DNA of 14,937 bases. It comes from Naegleria gruberi. Taxonomy: Eukaryota. The notes under the pieces were generated by a model. It searched no databases, was not told the origin of the DNA, and saw only the letters and a program-made list of their open reading frames with translations. The stretch is taken from the NCBI GenBank assembly GCA_000004985.1, contig GG738985.1, one strand, 5' to 3'. This document shows positions 1 through 8,421 of this stretch, in pieces; the first letter of the stretch is position 1, and each line of letters opens with the position of its first letter. A program made the translations under genes and the position numbers.

Positions 1-597
1 GTTAAAGTGATGATGAATTCCACAAGATGGTTGACTAACTGAAATACTTAAATTCAATCCAGTTGCATTTTCATCCACTTGATAAACAGAATATGGATAA
101 AGATCAATAAAGTTAAAGTCAGAAGTTTCGTATAAATGACCAACAGGTGTTCTCTTTCCACTTCCTCTATGATAATTTCTAAACATTTCCAAAAACAAAT
201 TCCTCGATGTTATGATCATATCAAAATCTTCTAAAATGTGAAATCTCTGCCCATATCCCTTTACGAAACCATAAAAATTAACAATTCTTTTTTGATTAAA
301 ATCTGAATTAAGTTTCGTCCAAAGTGTTGACATTTTTAGTGATGCTGGAATAAATGCAATATCGAGTAAATTGTGTTGTTTCATTAATGTTGTTACATCT
401 TTTGATGAAGTTAAATTGTAATTTTCTGACACATTTTTCCACACAACAGCTGTCAAGTAATCATTAACATAAACAAGAGATAGTGTCGAATCCAATTGAT
501 CAAATGTTTTACTGACAAATGAATGACCATTCACAACACAACAACAAACACAATACAGAAACAATGTAAGCAACATTACCCACTTTAATTTAGCCAT
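1..597 (-). CDS. Partial CDS for the N-terminal ~199 aa of a secreted or type-II membrane protein of unknown family. It starts at the ATG at 597 and runs open past the window edge.
   Basis: I reverse-complemented 1-597 by hand. It gives an ATG at 597-595 followed by MAKLKWVMLLTLFLYCVCCCVVNGHSF..., a hydrophobic signal-peptide-like start. The frame is then open for 199 codons to position 1 (…GYGQRFHILEDFDMIITSRNLFLEMFRNYHRGSGKRTPVGHLYETSDFNFIDLYPYS…). It is absent from the ORF track, presumably because no stop lies inside the window. It has A-rich context upstream of the ATG on the minus strand. Confidence 0.5.
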   Translation of the reverse strand, partial: MAKLKWVMLLTLFLYCVCCCVVNGHSFVSKTFDQLDSTLSLVYVNDYLTAVVWKNVSENYNLTSSKDVTTLMKQHNLLDIAFIPASLKMSTLWTKLNSDFNQKRIVNFYGFVKGYGQRFHILEDFDMIITSRNLFLEMFRNYHRGSGKRTPVGHLYETSDFNFIDLYPYSVYQVDENATGLNLSISVSQPSCGIHHHFN

Positions 598-1065
598 TTT
601 TTAATCGACGAAAGGTCAACATGAATATCGAGAATCAAAAGGCCACAAAAAGAAATGTCCTTCTAAAAGGTTCTCGGGAGAAATCATCAACACCTTTCGA
701 TAAATTGGGATTACAGCTTTTATGGATCATCAAATCAGAAGCAATCAAGATCTTGTTTTCAATCTATGACGCTAAGAAAAAGACTACAGCACCACAGGTT
801 CCCAAGTTGTCTCCAACCTCAGTACTGATGTGGCTCGACCTTGGAGAGCAATAGTAACGTAGAAGATGCAGAATAGGCACGGTCTTTTTGTGTTATTTTT
901 AACGTTCCTTTGTCGTACCTTGACCGCACCTCTTTTGTGTGTCTATTTTTATTTCTTTTTGTGTTTCTTTCATCTCAACCTAGAAACGAGAAAAGACACA
1001 AAAAAAGGAACGGAAAAGTATCATGAAAAGAAATTTGAATAGAATCAATAAATAGGCACATTAAC

Positions 1066-1121
1066 GAGAAACTGTAAAAGAAACATTAATAAGCACATGA
1101 AGAGAAATTGTAAAAGAAACA
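1066..1121. repeat. Two imperfect 20-bp direct repeats (gagaaaCtgtaaaagaaaca at 1066-1085 and gagaaaTtgtaaaagaaaca at 1102-1121), separated by 16 bp, in an A-rich intergenic region.
   Basis: Seen directly in the sequence, with a single C/T mismatch. The surrounding sequence is also built from AAAGAAAC-like units. Confidence 0.4.
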
Positions 1122-1265
1122 AATAGAGTAATGTCATAAGAAACAAGTACAGACTCGAGAAAAGAAATACAAAGAGAAACAACATTAGTTAAAGCAATAT
1201 TTGGTGAATCCAATTTTGGAATGTTAAATTTTTAAAAATTTAAAATAAATGTAATTAATCTAAAT

Positions 1266-1957
1266 TTATTGGTTTAATGTTATTTCGTCTATTAATTCTT
1301 CTGTTACAATTAGCACTTGATTTGTTTCTGATATGCCTTTGAAATTCTGTAATAAATTCTTCAGTATCCAATAATGCAAACCCTAAAATATTTGAAAAAT
1401 AATTAAAATTAATTAAAAATAAATAAAATTAACATACAATTTCTTTCAAGTCTTCTTCTTCTCTTTCAGTAAGCTCTTCTTCACTTCTTGCTTCCAAAGT
1501 TTCTGAAAATAATTTTACAAAGTGATGGGCTAATGACACTAACAATTCTTCCTTCTTTAAAATATCTAGTACAAAATCCGAACCTTGTTTTTGTACATAT
1601 TTGTAAAAACCTTGAATAATACCTTTGGAAAACCTATTCTGTATTTAATTTAATAATTATACGAATAACTTACACTTTATGTTTGGTTTGCCAAACCTTT
1701 TTTAATCTAGTATGATTTAAACTTGCAAATTTTGTATCGGAAAGGTTTGGTATAATTCTTTTTGTTCTTTCTGTCAATAAGAATTATCACACTGGTAATA
1801 ATTAGATAGAATACTTACTCTTTGATACTTTCTTTTGTGGTGTACCTTGTGAAGTTTGTTTGTTTTGAGTTGATTCTTGATCAGATTCTTCTTGATCAGA
1901 TGCTGATCTTGGTGAGGTATATTGATTTGAAGGGGTTGGTTGTGATCTTGCTGGCAT
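1266..1957 (-). CDS. Four-exon gene for a ~183-aa protein of unknown function, with a Ser/Gln-rich N-terminus and an acidic stretch near the C-terminus. Exons are 1819-1957, 1676-1770, 1438-1638 and 1266-1382.
   Basis: Manual splicing on the minus strand. The ATG is at 1957 (MPARSQPTPSNQYTSPRSASDQEESDQESTQNKQTSQGTPQKKVSK). There are three short introns with canonical ends, and the reading frame is kept across all junctions (…KRTKRIIPNLSDTKFASLNHTRLKKVWQTKHK | NRFSKGIIQGFYKYVQKQGSDFVLDILKKEELLVSLAHHFVKLFSETLEARSEEELTEREEEDLKEI | GLHYWILKNLLQNFKGISETNQVLIVTEELIDEITLNQ*). The exact 3' acceptor of the last intron, and hence the C-terminal frame, is the least certain part. Confidence 0.5.
1383..1437 (-). 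other. Spliceosomal intron, 55 nt, GTATGTTAA…TATTTTAG.
   Basis: Minus-strand sequence GTATGTTAATTTTATTTATTTTTAATTAATTTTAATTATTTTTCAAATATTTTAG. The donor is a canonical GTATGT. It is extremely AT-rich, as expected for introns in this kind of genome. Confidence 0.45.
1639..1675 (-). other. Spliceosomal intron, 37 nt, GTGTAAGT…AAATACAG.
   Basis: Minus-strand sequence is GTGTAAGTTATTCGTATAATTATTAAATTAAATACAG. Splicing here gives phase 0 and a fully open 67-codon exon 3. Using the GT two nucleotides downstream gives a stop within ~20 codons. Confidence 0.45.
1771..1818 (-). other. Spliceosomal intron, 48 nt, GTAAGTAT…TTGACAG.
   Basis: Minus-strand sequence is GTAAGTATTCTATCTAATTATTACCAGTGTGATAATTCTTATTGACAG. 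Removing it joins exon 1 (ending with 1 nt of phase) to an exon 2 frame that is open. The alternative acceptor at 1792 gives an immediate stop. Confidence 0.45.
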
Positions 1958-2101
1958 GTCTGGTCGAAAGTGAGTCGAATATTGATGTTAACTTACTGAT
2001 ATTTTTTTGTTGTTGTTTTTCTACTTTTCTCTGGCAGTGGTGATATGAACACTTTACAATCTATTTTTAAAATATCGGCAAAATTTTGGAAAAAAAAATA
2101 A

Positions 2102-4969
2102 ATGAAAATTCCACAAGCGAAAATATTGTTTTCACACAGGGTTGACCCTCGAAAAGCAAAACTGTATTGTTCTAGTTGTAATAATTATGTGAAATCATCA
2201 ACTGATGTCAAAATTTGTAGTTCAAGTAACAAAAAATCTCATTTTCATAGGGCAATTAAAGTTAGGTGTAAAAATCAAGAATGTAAAAATTTTGATTCAT
2301 TTACCACCTTAATATGCCCCTTTTGTTCAAAGTCTTTTTCAAATGCAACCACTTTAAAGAAACATTTGAAAAGTGAGCACACAAATAGAAATAGTATATT
2401 CAATTGTTGTAATGTGATAACCTCTGAAGAAGCAACAATAATGGAACATATAATTGATAATCATCTTCCTCATATTGATTCATTAGATCAACTAACATCA
2501 AATTCTTGCAACCATTCCGTACAACAGAATGACAATAATATTAATTTTAGGCACGTTCCAGAAGGTGCACAAACAGATGAAAATGCTTATTGGGCAGTTT
2601 GGAAAATGAGCAAAAATTCAAAAACATTAATATTTGAGCCCAATAGTGATAAATCAGTTAAGGAAGTTGGTGATGAATTAGAAGAATCATATAAGAAAGT
2701 TATTGGAGATTTATTTGATTGTAGTTCAATAATTGAATCAAAACAAATTGAAAATAATATTGAAATTGAACATATTCATAATAGATTCGAATCAAAATAT
2801 GCTCCTTTCAAAGATGAATTTGAATGGAGTCTGTTCATGTTAGTTAAAAATGACAGATTGTCAAAAGTTCAGTATGAAAGAGTTGTTGAGATATTTGCTT
2901 TAAAGGATATTAATATTCCTTCTTATGATTCTATTTGTAGAAAACCTATTGATTTTCAAAAACCTATTTCACCACTAGATGATAATGATTTTGTTTATTA
3001 TAGTTTAAGGGAAACTATCAACAATCTGCTTGCAGATCCTTTTATTTCTAATAATATTTATACTAAAGATGGAGCTCTTAACTTCAATAGAGAACAACAA
3101 CCATTCAAAACAAATGGTTTCATGAAGATTGCCAACAAGATTGATTCAACTCCTATTGTATTTGCTCCATATTTAGATGAATATCAAAAGAATAGAACAG
3201 GTACAAGTCAAGTTACTGGATTTTATTTTACTTTATTCAACTTTGAACATAATTTTATGACAAGCTCAATGGAATCCATTTCATTACTTGGGAAATGTAG
3301 AAATATTAAGGGTTTATTTAAAATGTTGGAAATGTTTGTTAATGAATATAATGAAATTGAAGGGAAAACATTTATTGTGAAACATTCAGGTTTACAAAAA
3401 GAAGTATCTCTTCAATACGTATTAGGTCCTTGGATTTGGGATTCAGTTCAAAGATGGTTTACTTTATTCATGGAACAATATCTTTGCTCCAGATGTCATT
3501 GTCCAAAAAATATGTACAGCTCAACTCCAGATGAATTAATTGATTCATACAATGAGTTCTGTTTCAAGAATCCGTCTTTAAATTTGAAACAATTTATACC
3601 AAAGCCCTGTAAAGAACATGAAACGGAAACAGAACAAGAATTGCAAGTTGAAACTGATCTCCAAACGCACAATCCAAATGATATTGATGAAGAATGTAAT
3701 TATTTCAATCCAGAAACAGGAAAAGAAGATGATCAAGATGAAGAAAATCAAGAAACTGATAATATGGAAGATGAACCAGTTTTAGAACATACATTTAGCA
3801 TTAGAACTGTAGATGAAGCTGTTTCAATTCATGAAAGTATTGAAACAACACCTAAAAAGGAAAGAAAAGGGTTTAAATTATTATCAAAACAAGAAATTGA
3901 ATTAATTGATTCAAAATTTGATTACAATACTGTACAAAGAAAGCTCACTCAAATGAAAAAAAATGGTGTTACACTTGAAAAACAAGATAACCCATTGTAT
4001 AAGCTAAGAAATCATGACGTATTTAAGAATTCAACAGTTGACTTTATGCATGTGTTTGTTCAAGGTGAATTAAGAAGACATTTGACTGCATTAATAGAAT
4101 ATTTTTCATACCCAAGATTATTTTCTGATTTTCAGGATATTATAGATGAGTTTTATTTAAGTTCTGGAGAATCAATTAGAATGAGAGCATCAAATTATTT
4201 GAATTGTTCAGCTGACGAATTTTTAGAATTTGGTTTTTATAGTATTCCAATAATTTACAAGTTAATTTATTCAAATAAGGAATTGAAACATATTTCACAA
4301 GAAAAAAGAACTAGACATGTTGTTTGTTGGGTAGAACATATTGCATGGACGAGTATGTTATTAAGAAATGAGGTAACAATTCTTTCTATTGAAAAATCCA
4401 AATCTATTTTCCTCCAATTCAGAGAACATTATGTTGAATTATATCCAAACAAATGTCATAATGTTAATTTCCATTGGGTAACTCATTTATTTGAAGATTG
4501 TCAAGAATGGGGAAGTCCTAGATACTTTTGGGCTTTATTATTCGAATTGAAACACAAACTTTTTAAAAAGTTTAATGATGGATCGAATCATAAGGATGTT
4601 GAAAAGCGGGGTGCAGCATTTGAAAAGTTACATGTCAGTCTTAATGCTAAATATCCTTGGTTACGAAAGAAATCAAAACAATGGTTTAAAGCAATTGCTC
4701 CAAATCAATACTTAATGTTTAAACAAGAAGGAAAATTATACATAGGATGTATTCAATCACATACAAAAGATACAGTTAAATTTGGAAAAGTGTGGATTGT
4801 TACAAATGATTATCACCAAGTATGTCAATTCAGAAAATTGAATAGAGTGAAATCTTCCAATTTAAACGTTGATTGGAAAGATATCAATGCTAGATGCCAA
4901 GTTGTTTACATTGATTCCAAGTTTTACTTGAATCAATTTATGTTAATCATGAATTATTATAAATTTTAA
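2102..4969 (+). CDS. Intronless 955-aa ORF. It has an N-terminal C2H2-type zinc finger, an acidic central linker, and a C-terminal region resembling Tnp2/En-Spm-type (CACTA/KDZ-superfamily) transposases. It is a putative transposase or a transposase-derived gene.
   Basis: ATG at 2102 in an A-rich context (aaaaaaaaataaATG), then a single 2.9-kb ORF. The C2H2-like finger is LICPFCSKSFSNATTLKKHLKSEH. The block KDGALNFNREQQPF…FYFTLFNFEHNF…LLGKCRNIKG…CSRCHC follows the layout of the Tnp2-family catalytic region (DG…F, then a conserved C..C cluster). The C-terminal HNVNFHWVTHLFEDCQEWGSPRYFWALLFELKHKLFKK fits the DUF4218-like motif H..HL..D...GP...W..FE...K.L that I recall from Tnp2/CACTA transposases. 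There is a poly-acidic linker (DEECNYFNPETGKEDDQDEENQETDNMEDEP). The family assignment is from memory of these motifs, not from a search. Confidence 0.55.
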   Translation: MKIPQAKILFSHRVDPRKAKLYCSSCNNYVKSSTDVKICSSSNKKSHFHRAIKVRCKNQECKNFDSFTTLICPFCSKSFSNATTLKKHLKSEHTNRNSIFNCCNVITSEEATIMEHIIDNHLPHIDSLDQLTSNSCNHSVQQNDNNINFRHVPEGAQTDENAYWAVWKMSKNSKTLIFEPNSDKSVKEVGDELEESYKKVIGDLFDCSSIIESKQIENNIEIEHIHNRFESKYAPFKDEFEWSLFMLVKNDRLSKVQYERVVEIFALKDINIPSYDSICRKPIDFQKPISPLDDNDFVYYSLRETINNLLADPFISNNIYTKDGALNFNREQQPFKTNGFMKIANKIDSTPIVFAPYLDEYQKNRTGTSQVTGFYFTLFNFEHNFMTSSMESISLLGKCRNIKGLFKMLEMFVNEYNEIEGKTFIVKHSGLQKEVSLQYVLGPWIWDSVQRWFTLFMEQYLCSRCHCPKNMYSSTPDELIDSYNEFCFKNPSLNLKQFIPKPCKEHETETEQELQVETDLQTHNPNDIDEECNYFNPETGKEDDQDEENQETDNMEDEPVLEHTFSIRTVDEAVSIHESIETTPKKERKGFKLLSKQEIELIDSKFDYNTVQRKLTQMKKNGVTLEKQDNPLYKLRNHDVFKNSTVDFMHVFVQGELRRHLTALIEYFSYPRLFSDFQDIIDEFYLSSGESIRMRASNYLNCSADEFLEFGFYSIPIIYKLIYSNKELKHISQEKRTRHVVCWVEHIAWTSMLLRNEVTILSIEKSKSIFLQFREHYVELYPNKCHNVNFHWVTHLFEDCQEWGSPRYFWALLFELKHKLFKKFNDGSNHKDVEKRGAAFEKLHVSLNAKYPWLRKKSKQWFKAIAPNQYLMFKQEGKLYIGCIQSHTKDTVKFGKVWIVTNDYHQVCQFRKLNRVKSSNLNVDWKDINARCQVVYIDSKFYLNQFMLIMNYYKF

Positions 4970-5606
4970 AAATTTTGAAATTCTTTTACAATAAAAAAAT
5001 TTAATATTGAAATAATAATATATTTATTCGATAGTTGTTCAACCTTTTCAGGTAAAAAATTAAATTTATGTAATAAAGGACTCATTCTATAATATTACGA
5101 TTAATTTAAAATTCATATTGTTTATTTATTGTTAAATAAGTGTTATTTGTACTTTTATAGAAAATTAGCAAGGATTTCAATGGTGGAACTGACTTGTAAA
5201 AATTTTAAAAATATCCATGCCTTGTTTGCATACCTATTCCCGTTCCTATTTTCTGCCGTACCTTGGTCGTTTCTTAAAAATAAGTCACCAAACCTTCGCT
5301 GTTCCTTGCCAATTCTATTTTTATTACACACCGTACCTTTTCCATGCCTCACCATTCCTGTTGCGCTCCAAGGTATTTCTTGACTAAAGCAACATGTCAA
5401 TCTGTCCAGTGTTGGCTTTGTTAGTGTGAAAAAATTAGAATGGAAAGTAATCCGCCCTTGACTAGTGACAAAAACACTAATAGATTAGGTTTTAGTCTGC
5501 AATTAGAATGTAAGCTGTAAATTGTCACTTTGAGATCTCAATCGATTATAAACTCAATGGTTTAAGGTGTGTGTACAAAATATATTGAGACAATATCATT
5601 TTAATA

Positions 5607-8005
5607 CTAAAAAATGTGATCATCAGAATCATCATCATCGTCATCATCTTCATCATAGTAATTACCATATATATAACCCATATCAAGATCATCAGAATCA
5701 TCAGAGTTATAATCATCATCCTCATCAGATGTGTCTTCTTCCATGCTGTCTGTGTTAACCTGTACTTCTAATTGCTGTGTAATCCTTTTCAAAAGGGATG
5801 TCACATACAGGCTTCTCGACTCATTGAATGAAATGCAATCTGTTATAGCATCAAAAATGTCATCAACATTCAAATGTTTTGGTCTTACATCTAGATTGTG
5901 CTCTAAAATATTTAAAAAATTTGTTAAAACAAGCTCAGATAATACATCGGTATCATTTTCATAGAGGAATCCACAGGGACAGCCAAACTGGCCCATGNNN
6001 NNNNNNNNNNNNNNNNNNNNNNNNNNNNNNNNNNNNNNNNNNNNNNNATACGTCCCAACGTGATATGAGCGTCTTTAGATTTGGATTTGGCAAGAGATTT
6101 AACAATAACTTCTTCATTTCCTATTTCAGGATGAATACGAACACCCTTAAAAAATTTGACATCAAAAAAGAAGCTCACTACAATTGGTGATAACTCTCTA
6201 TCATTCTCAACTAAAAAACCCAACATTTCTGGAATTTGAAAATGCTTTGATATTTCATTCAATCGATCCTCGCATTCTTTTGTTTCAGGTAGATTGTTTC
6301 TATGGACAATATTTCCTAAATTTTTGAAAACCAACTTAGTAAGCTCTGTGTTCAACAAGGACTCAACCAATTTTTGAACAATATCCACTACTTCCAAAGA
6401 TTTAGAATCTATTGCTCCACGAACAATCTCATCAAGTGGACGTACAAGTGTCTCACTAAAAACAGAGGGCAGAGCAGGTATGTTCAGCAAGGCCTGAATA
6501 CTGTCGGCAACCTGTAAAAAATAGTCCTGCTCTTTCATACATTCAGCTACTTTTTGAATAACCTCGAGAGCTTTTTCTGAAAAAATACTTTCTGTACAAC
6601 AATACTTAAATGCTGCTGTGAATATTTTCAGATAATTAACTTTTGGTATTGGATTGAGAGAAAAGGCTTTCAAAATCTTGTGCATTATCTGAGAGTCGTA
6701 TGCATAATCAAATGTCAAGTGTTTGGCACCACAATTATATGCCTCCTCTCTTACTATTAAAGATTCCCTTTCTAGCAATGGCAATATAGCTTGAACAACA
6801 TTCTTACATCTAGAAAAATTTCTGTTGAAAACATGTTAGCAAGAAATAATATGATCCACTACTAACCTTTGATTATTACTCGGTGATGAAAGAGCTCTCA
6901 AACAATCTATTACTAATTCTTCATCAGAATATTTCAATAGTCTCGTTAAGAAGCTTGAAATGCTTTCAACAATATTATTATCACCTCTTTGATCAATTAT
7001 TTCCATTATAGAAATTATCTTTCTAACTCTCTTGTACTTTTCCTCTTTTGGAAATATTTTGATGCTTTCTTTTTCTATAACATTGATATCATATGAAACT
7101 TCCTGATAGAGAGTAAAGAAGGGATGTAAATCTTTGGCTGATTTATAAGCCTCACGAATTGAAGGTATTTTTGGATTGTCTATATGTTGATAAGCAGTCT
7201 TTCCTAATCTTGTTATACACATTGATCTTTGATCCTCATCTTTTGACTTGTAAATTAAATCTAATAATATGCAATCCATGTCATTCATATCAATATAACT
7301 ACCTTCCCAGTTAGATGCATTATAATAGGTAACTATTAGAGACTTGAAATGTTTTAAGAAATATTTGACCTGTAAACTTGGTACACCTGCTTCTGCAATC
7401 TTGATGGTTGCCACAAAGAGTGAAATCTTCCAATCAGGTATTTTCATTGATTGTGTGGTATAAAGTGTTATTGGCTGTTCAGTCTGACCTATTGCCACAT
7501 TCAAGAAATTTAACATGTTTGTTCCGAATGTGGAATCCAAACAATAGATATGCTTTAAAAATCCTCTTGCTGTGTTCTGGTTATTTTCTTCAAATAGGAA
7601 AGCATTCGGAAGTGCCTCGGCAGCCATCATACATATTTTGTAATTTACAATCATTTCATCATCACTTGATTCAATTTTAAAAGTATCATCTTCAGTACAG
7701 CCAAAACTCCACTCCTTTCCATTTGATACTGTTTTATACATTTCAATTAAATTTTGTACAAGTGTTTTACATGGCTCCTTTCGGTAAGAGGCTTGATTTA
7801 TCACTCTATTTCTCATCTCCTTTAAATGTTGTAATAATTCCTCTGATGTATATGTTGGCCAAGCCTCTGCCTTTTGATTTATATCCTGTTGAGTTTCATC
7901 AGAGTAATAATCAGAGTCATCATCACTCGAAGAATAATCCCGTCCATGCATATGATAACCAAACGAATGACCAAATCTTCGCACCAATCCCATATGATTG
8001 AACAT
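5607..8005 (-). CDS. Large (>800-aa) ARM/HEAT-like helical protein with Asp/Ser/Tyr-rich acidic N- and C-termini. It is one gene made of track ORFs 6836-8005, 5924-6784 and 5607-5996, joined by a 45-nt intron (6822-6866) and interrupted by the 50-N gap at 5998-6047.
   Basis: ATG at 8005 (MFNHMGLVRRFGHSFGYHMHGRDYSSSDDDSDYYSDE…). ORFs 6836-8005 and 5924-6784 are in the same frame. They are separated by a single TAA at 6836-6838, and the following 17 codons have no stop. The 5924-6784 ORF begins with TTG (the track printed it as M), so it has no start of its own. Removing the intron GTTAGTAG…CTAAC…CAACAG (6822-6866, 45 nt = 15 codons, with the TAA inside it) joins …SSPSNNQ to RNFSRCKNVVQAILPLLERESL… in frame. 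The ORF then runs into the gap. Below the gap, ORF 5607-5996 continues as a coding-looking sequence and ends …DDDYNSDDSDDLDMGYIYGNYYDEDDDDDDDSDDHIF*. The frame across the gap cannot be known. Confidence 0.6.
5998..6047. other. Scaffold gap of 50 N, inside the large minus-strand gene.
   Basis: A run of exactly 50 n. All five N runs in the window are exactly 50 long, which is a fixed-size gap placeholder, so the true length is unknown. Confidence 0.95.
6822..6866 (-). other. Spliceosomal intron, 45 nt (GTTAGT…CTAAC…ACAG), which contains the in-frame TAA that splits the two track ORFs.
   Basis: Minus-strand sequence GTTAGTAGTGGATCATATTATTTCTTGCTAACATGTTTTCAACAG. A branch-point-like CTAAC lies ~18 nt before the AG. 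Its length is a multiple of 3, which fits the fact that the flanking ORFs share a frame. Its size matches the other introns in the window. Confidence 0.6.
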
Positions 8006-8088
8006 GTTGTATTTTCTTTTGTTTGATTTTTTTCAAATTTTAAAAAAAAAATTAAGCGCGAAAATATTGTTATTATATTAACAAAATA

Positions 8089-8421
8089 TTATGTACTGTC
8101 TCGGAAGTGAATTGATCGTTGTCGGAATGGTTTTTCANNNNNNNNNNNNNNNNNNNNNNNNNNNNNNNNNNNNNNNNNNNNNNNNNNAGCAACTAAAACG
8201 AATTTAGTTCTTCTAGAATCATCATCAACAGCAACAGCACGATAAATACCAAACTTGACATCAGATGGACCGAATGAACCCAAGAATTCATCCCAATCAC
8301 CAGTACCAGTGGCATCCATGATCAAACCAGTCTTTTCTGGGACGAAAGTGAACCATTTAATGGATTCAGTCTTCAAGGATTCCCAAGCAGCATCAATTTC
8401 TGGAGCAACGTTAGTGGACAT
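8089..8421 (-). CDS. Coactosin-like ADF-H (actin-depolymerising-factor homology) domain protein. The C-terminal part is lost in the 50-N gap at 8138-8187, so the 3' end is uncertain.
   Basis: ATG at 8421 in context aaaaaaaaacacaagaacaaaATG. The product is MSTNVAPEIDAAWESLKTESIKWFTFVPEKTGLIMDATGTGDWDEFLGSFGPSDVKFGIYRAVAVDDDSRRTKFVLVA…. This matches the coactosin/COTL1 pattern (ID…A…W.TF…G.G…F…DV…S.R.KF.L..W) as I remember it. The track ORF start at 8454 (MFSHKKKHKNK) is probably 5' UTR. Below the gap the frame is arbitrary. One frame ends at TAA 8073-8075 (…SDNDQFTSETVHNILLI*) and another at 8089. Confidence 0.7.
   Translation of the reverse strand: MSTNVAPEIDAAWESLKTESIKWFTFVPEKTGLIMDATGTGDWDEFLGSFGPSDVKFGIYRAVAVDDDSRRTKFVLVAXXXXXXXXXXXXXXXXXEKPFRQRSIHFRDST
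8138..8187. other. Scaffold gap of 50 N, inside the coactosin-like gene.
   Basis: A run of exactly 50 n. Confidence 0.95.

Noticed and set aside
621-854. 77-aa + strand ORF immediately upstream of the minus-strand ATG at 597
   Set aside because: It lies in the presumed promoter and 5' region of the secreted-protein gene. It is short and has no recognisable features, so it is probably a chance ORF.
1822-2043. 73-aa + strand ORF
   Set aside because: It is antisense to exon 1 of the spliced minus-strand gene at 1266-1957. It has a hydrophobic low-complexity product and no A-rich start context.
5129-5400. Overlapping ORFs 5129-5383 (+) and 5155-5400 (-) in a GC-enriched island
   Set aside because: The products are not protein-like. 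The island is better explained by the shared CGTTCCT / CCGTACCTT / TGTTGGCTTT motif family (see findings). I also checked by eye for snRNA (U2/U5/U6) and tRNA (GGTTCGAATCC T-loop) signatures and found none.
1958-5600. Terminal inverted repeats or target-site duplications flanking the transposase-like ORF (CACTA…TAGTG ends)
   Set aside because: By eye I could find no convincing inverted pair in 1958-2101 versus 4970-5600. cactttac at ~2053 has no partner. So I did not annotate a mobile_element boundary, and the gene is reported only as transposase-like.
5567-5758. His/Gln-rich + strand ORF (HQNHHHRHHLHHSNYH…)
   Set aside because: It is antisense to the GAT/GAA-rich codons of the acidic C-terminus of the minus-strand gene (…DEDDDDDDDSDDHIF). 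It is a complement-strand artefact of low-complexity coding DNA.
7408-8001. + strand ORFs 7408-7680 and 7723-8001
   Set aside because: Both are antisense to a long, well-supported minus-strand coding exon.
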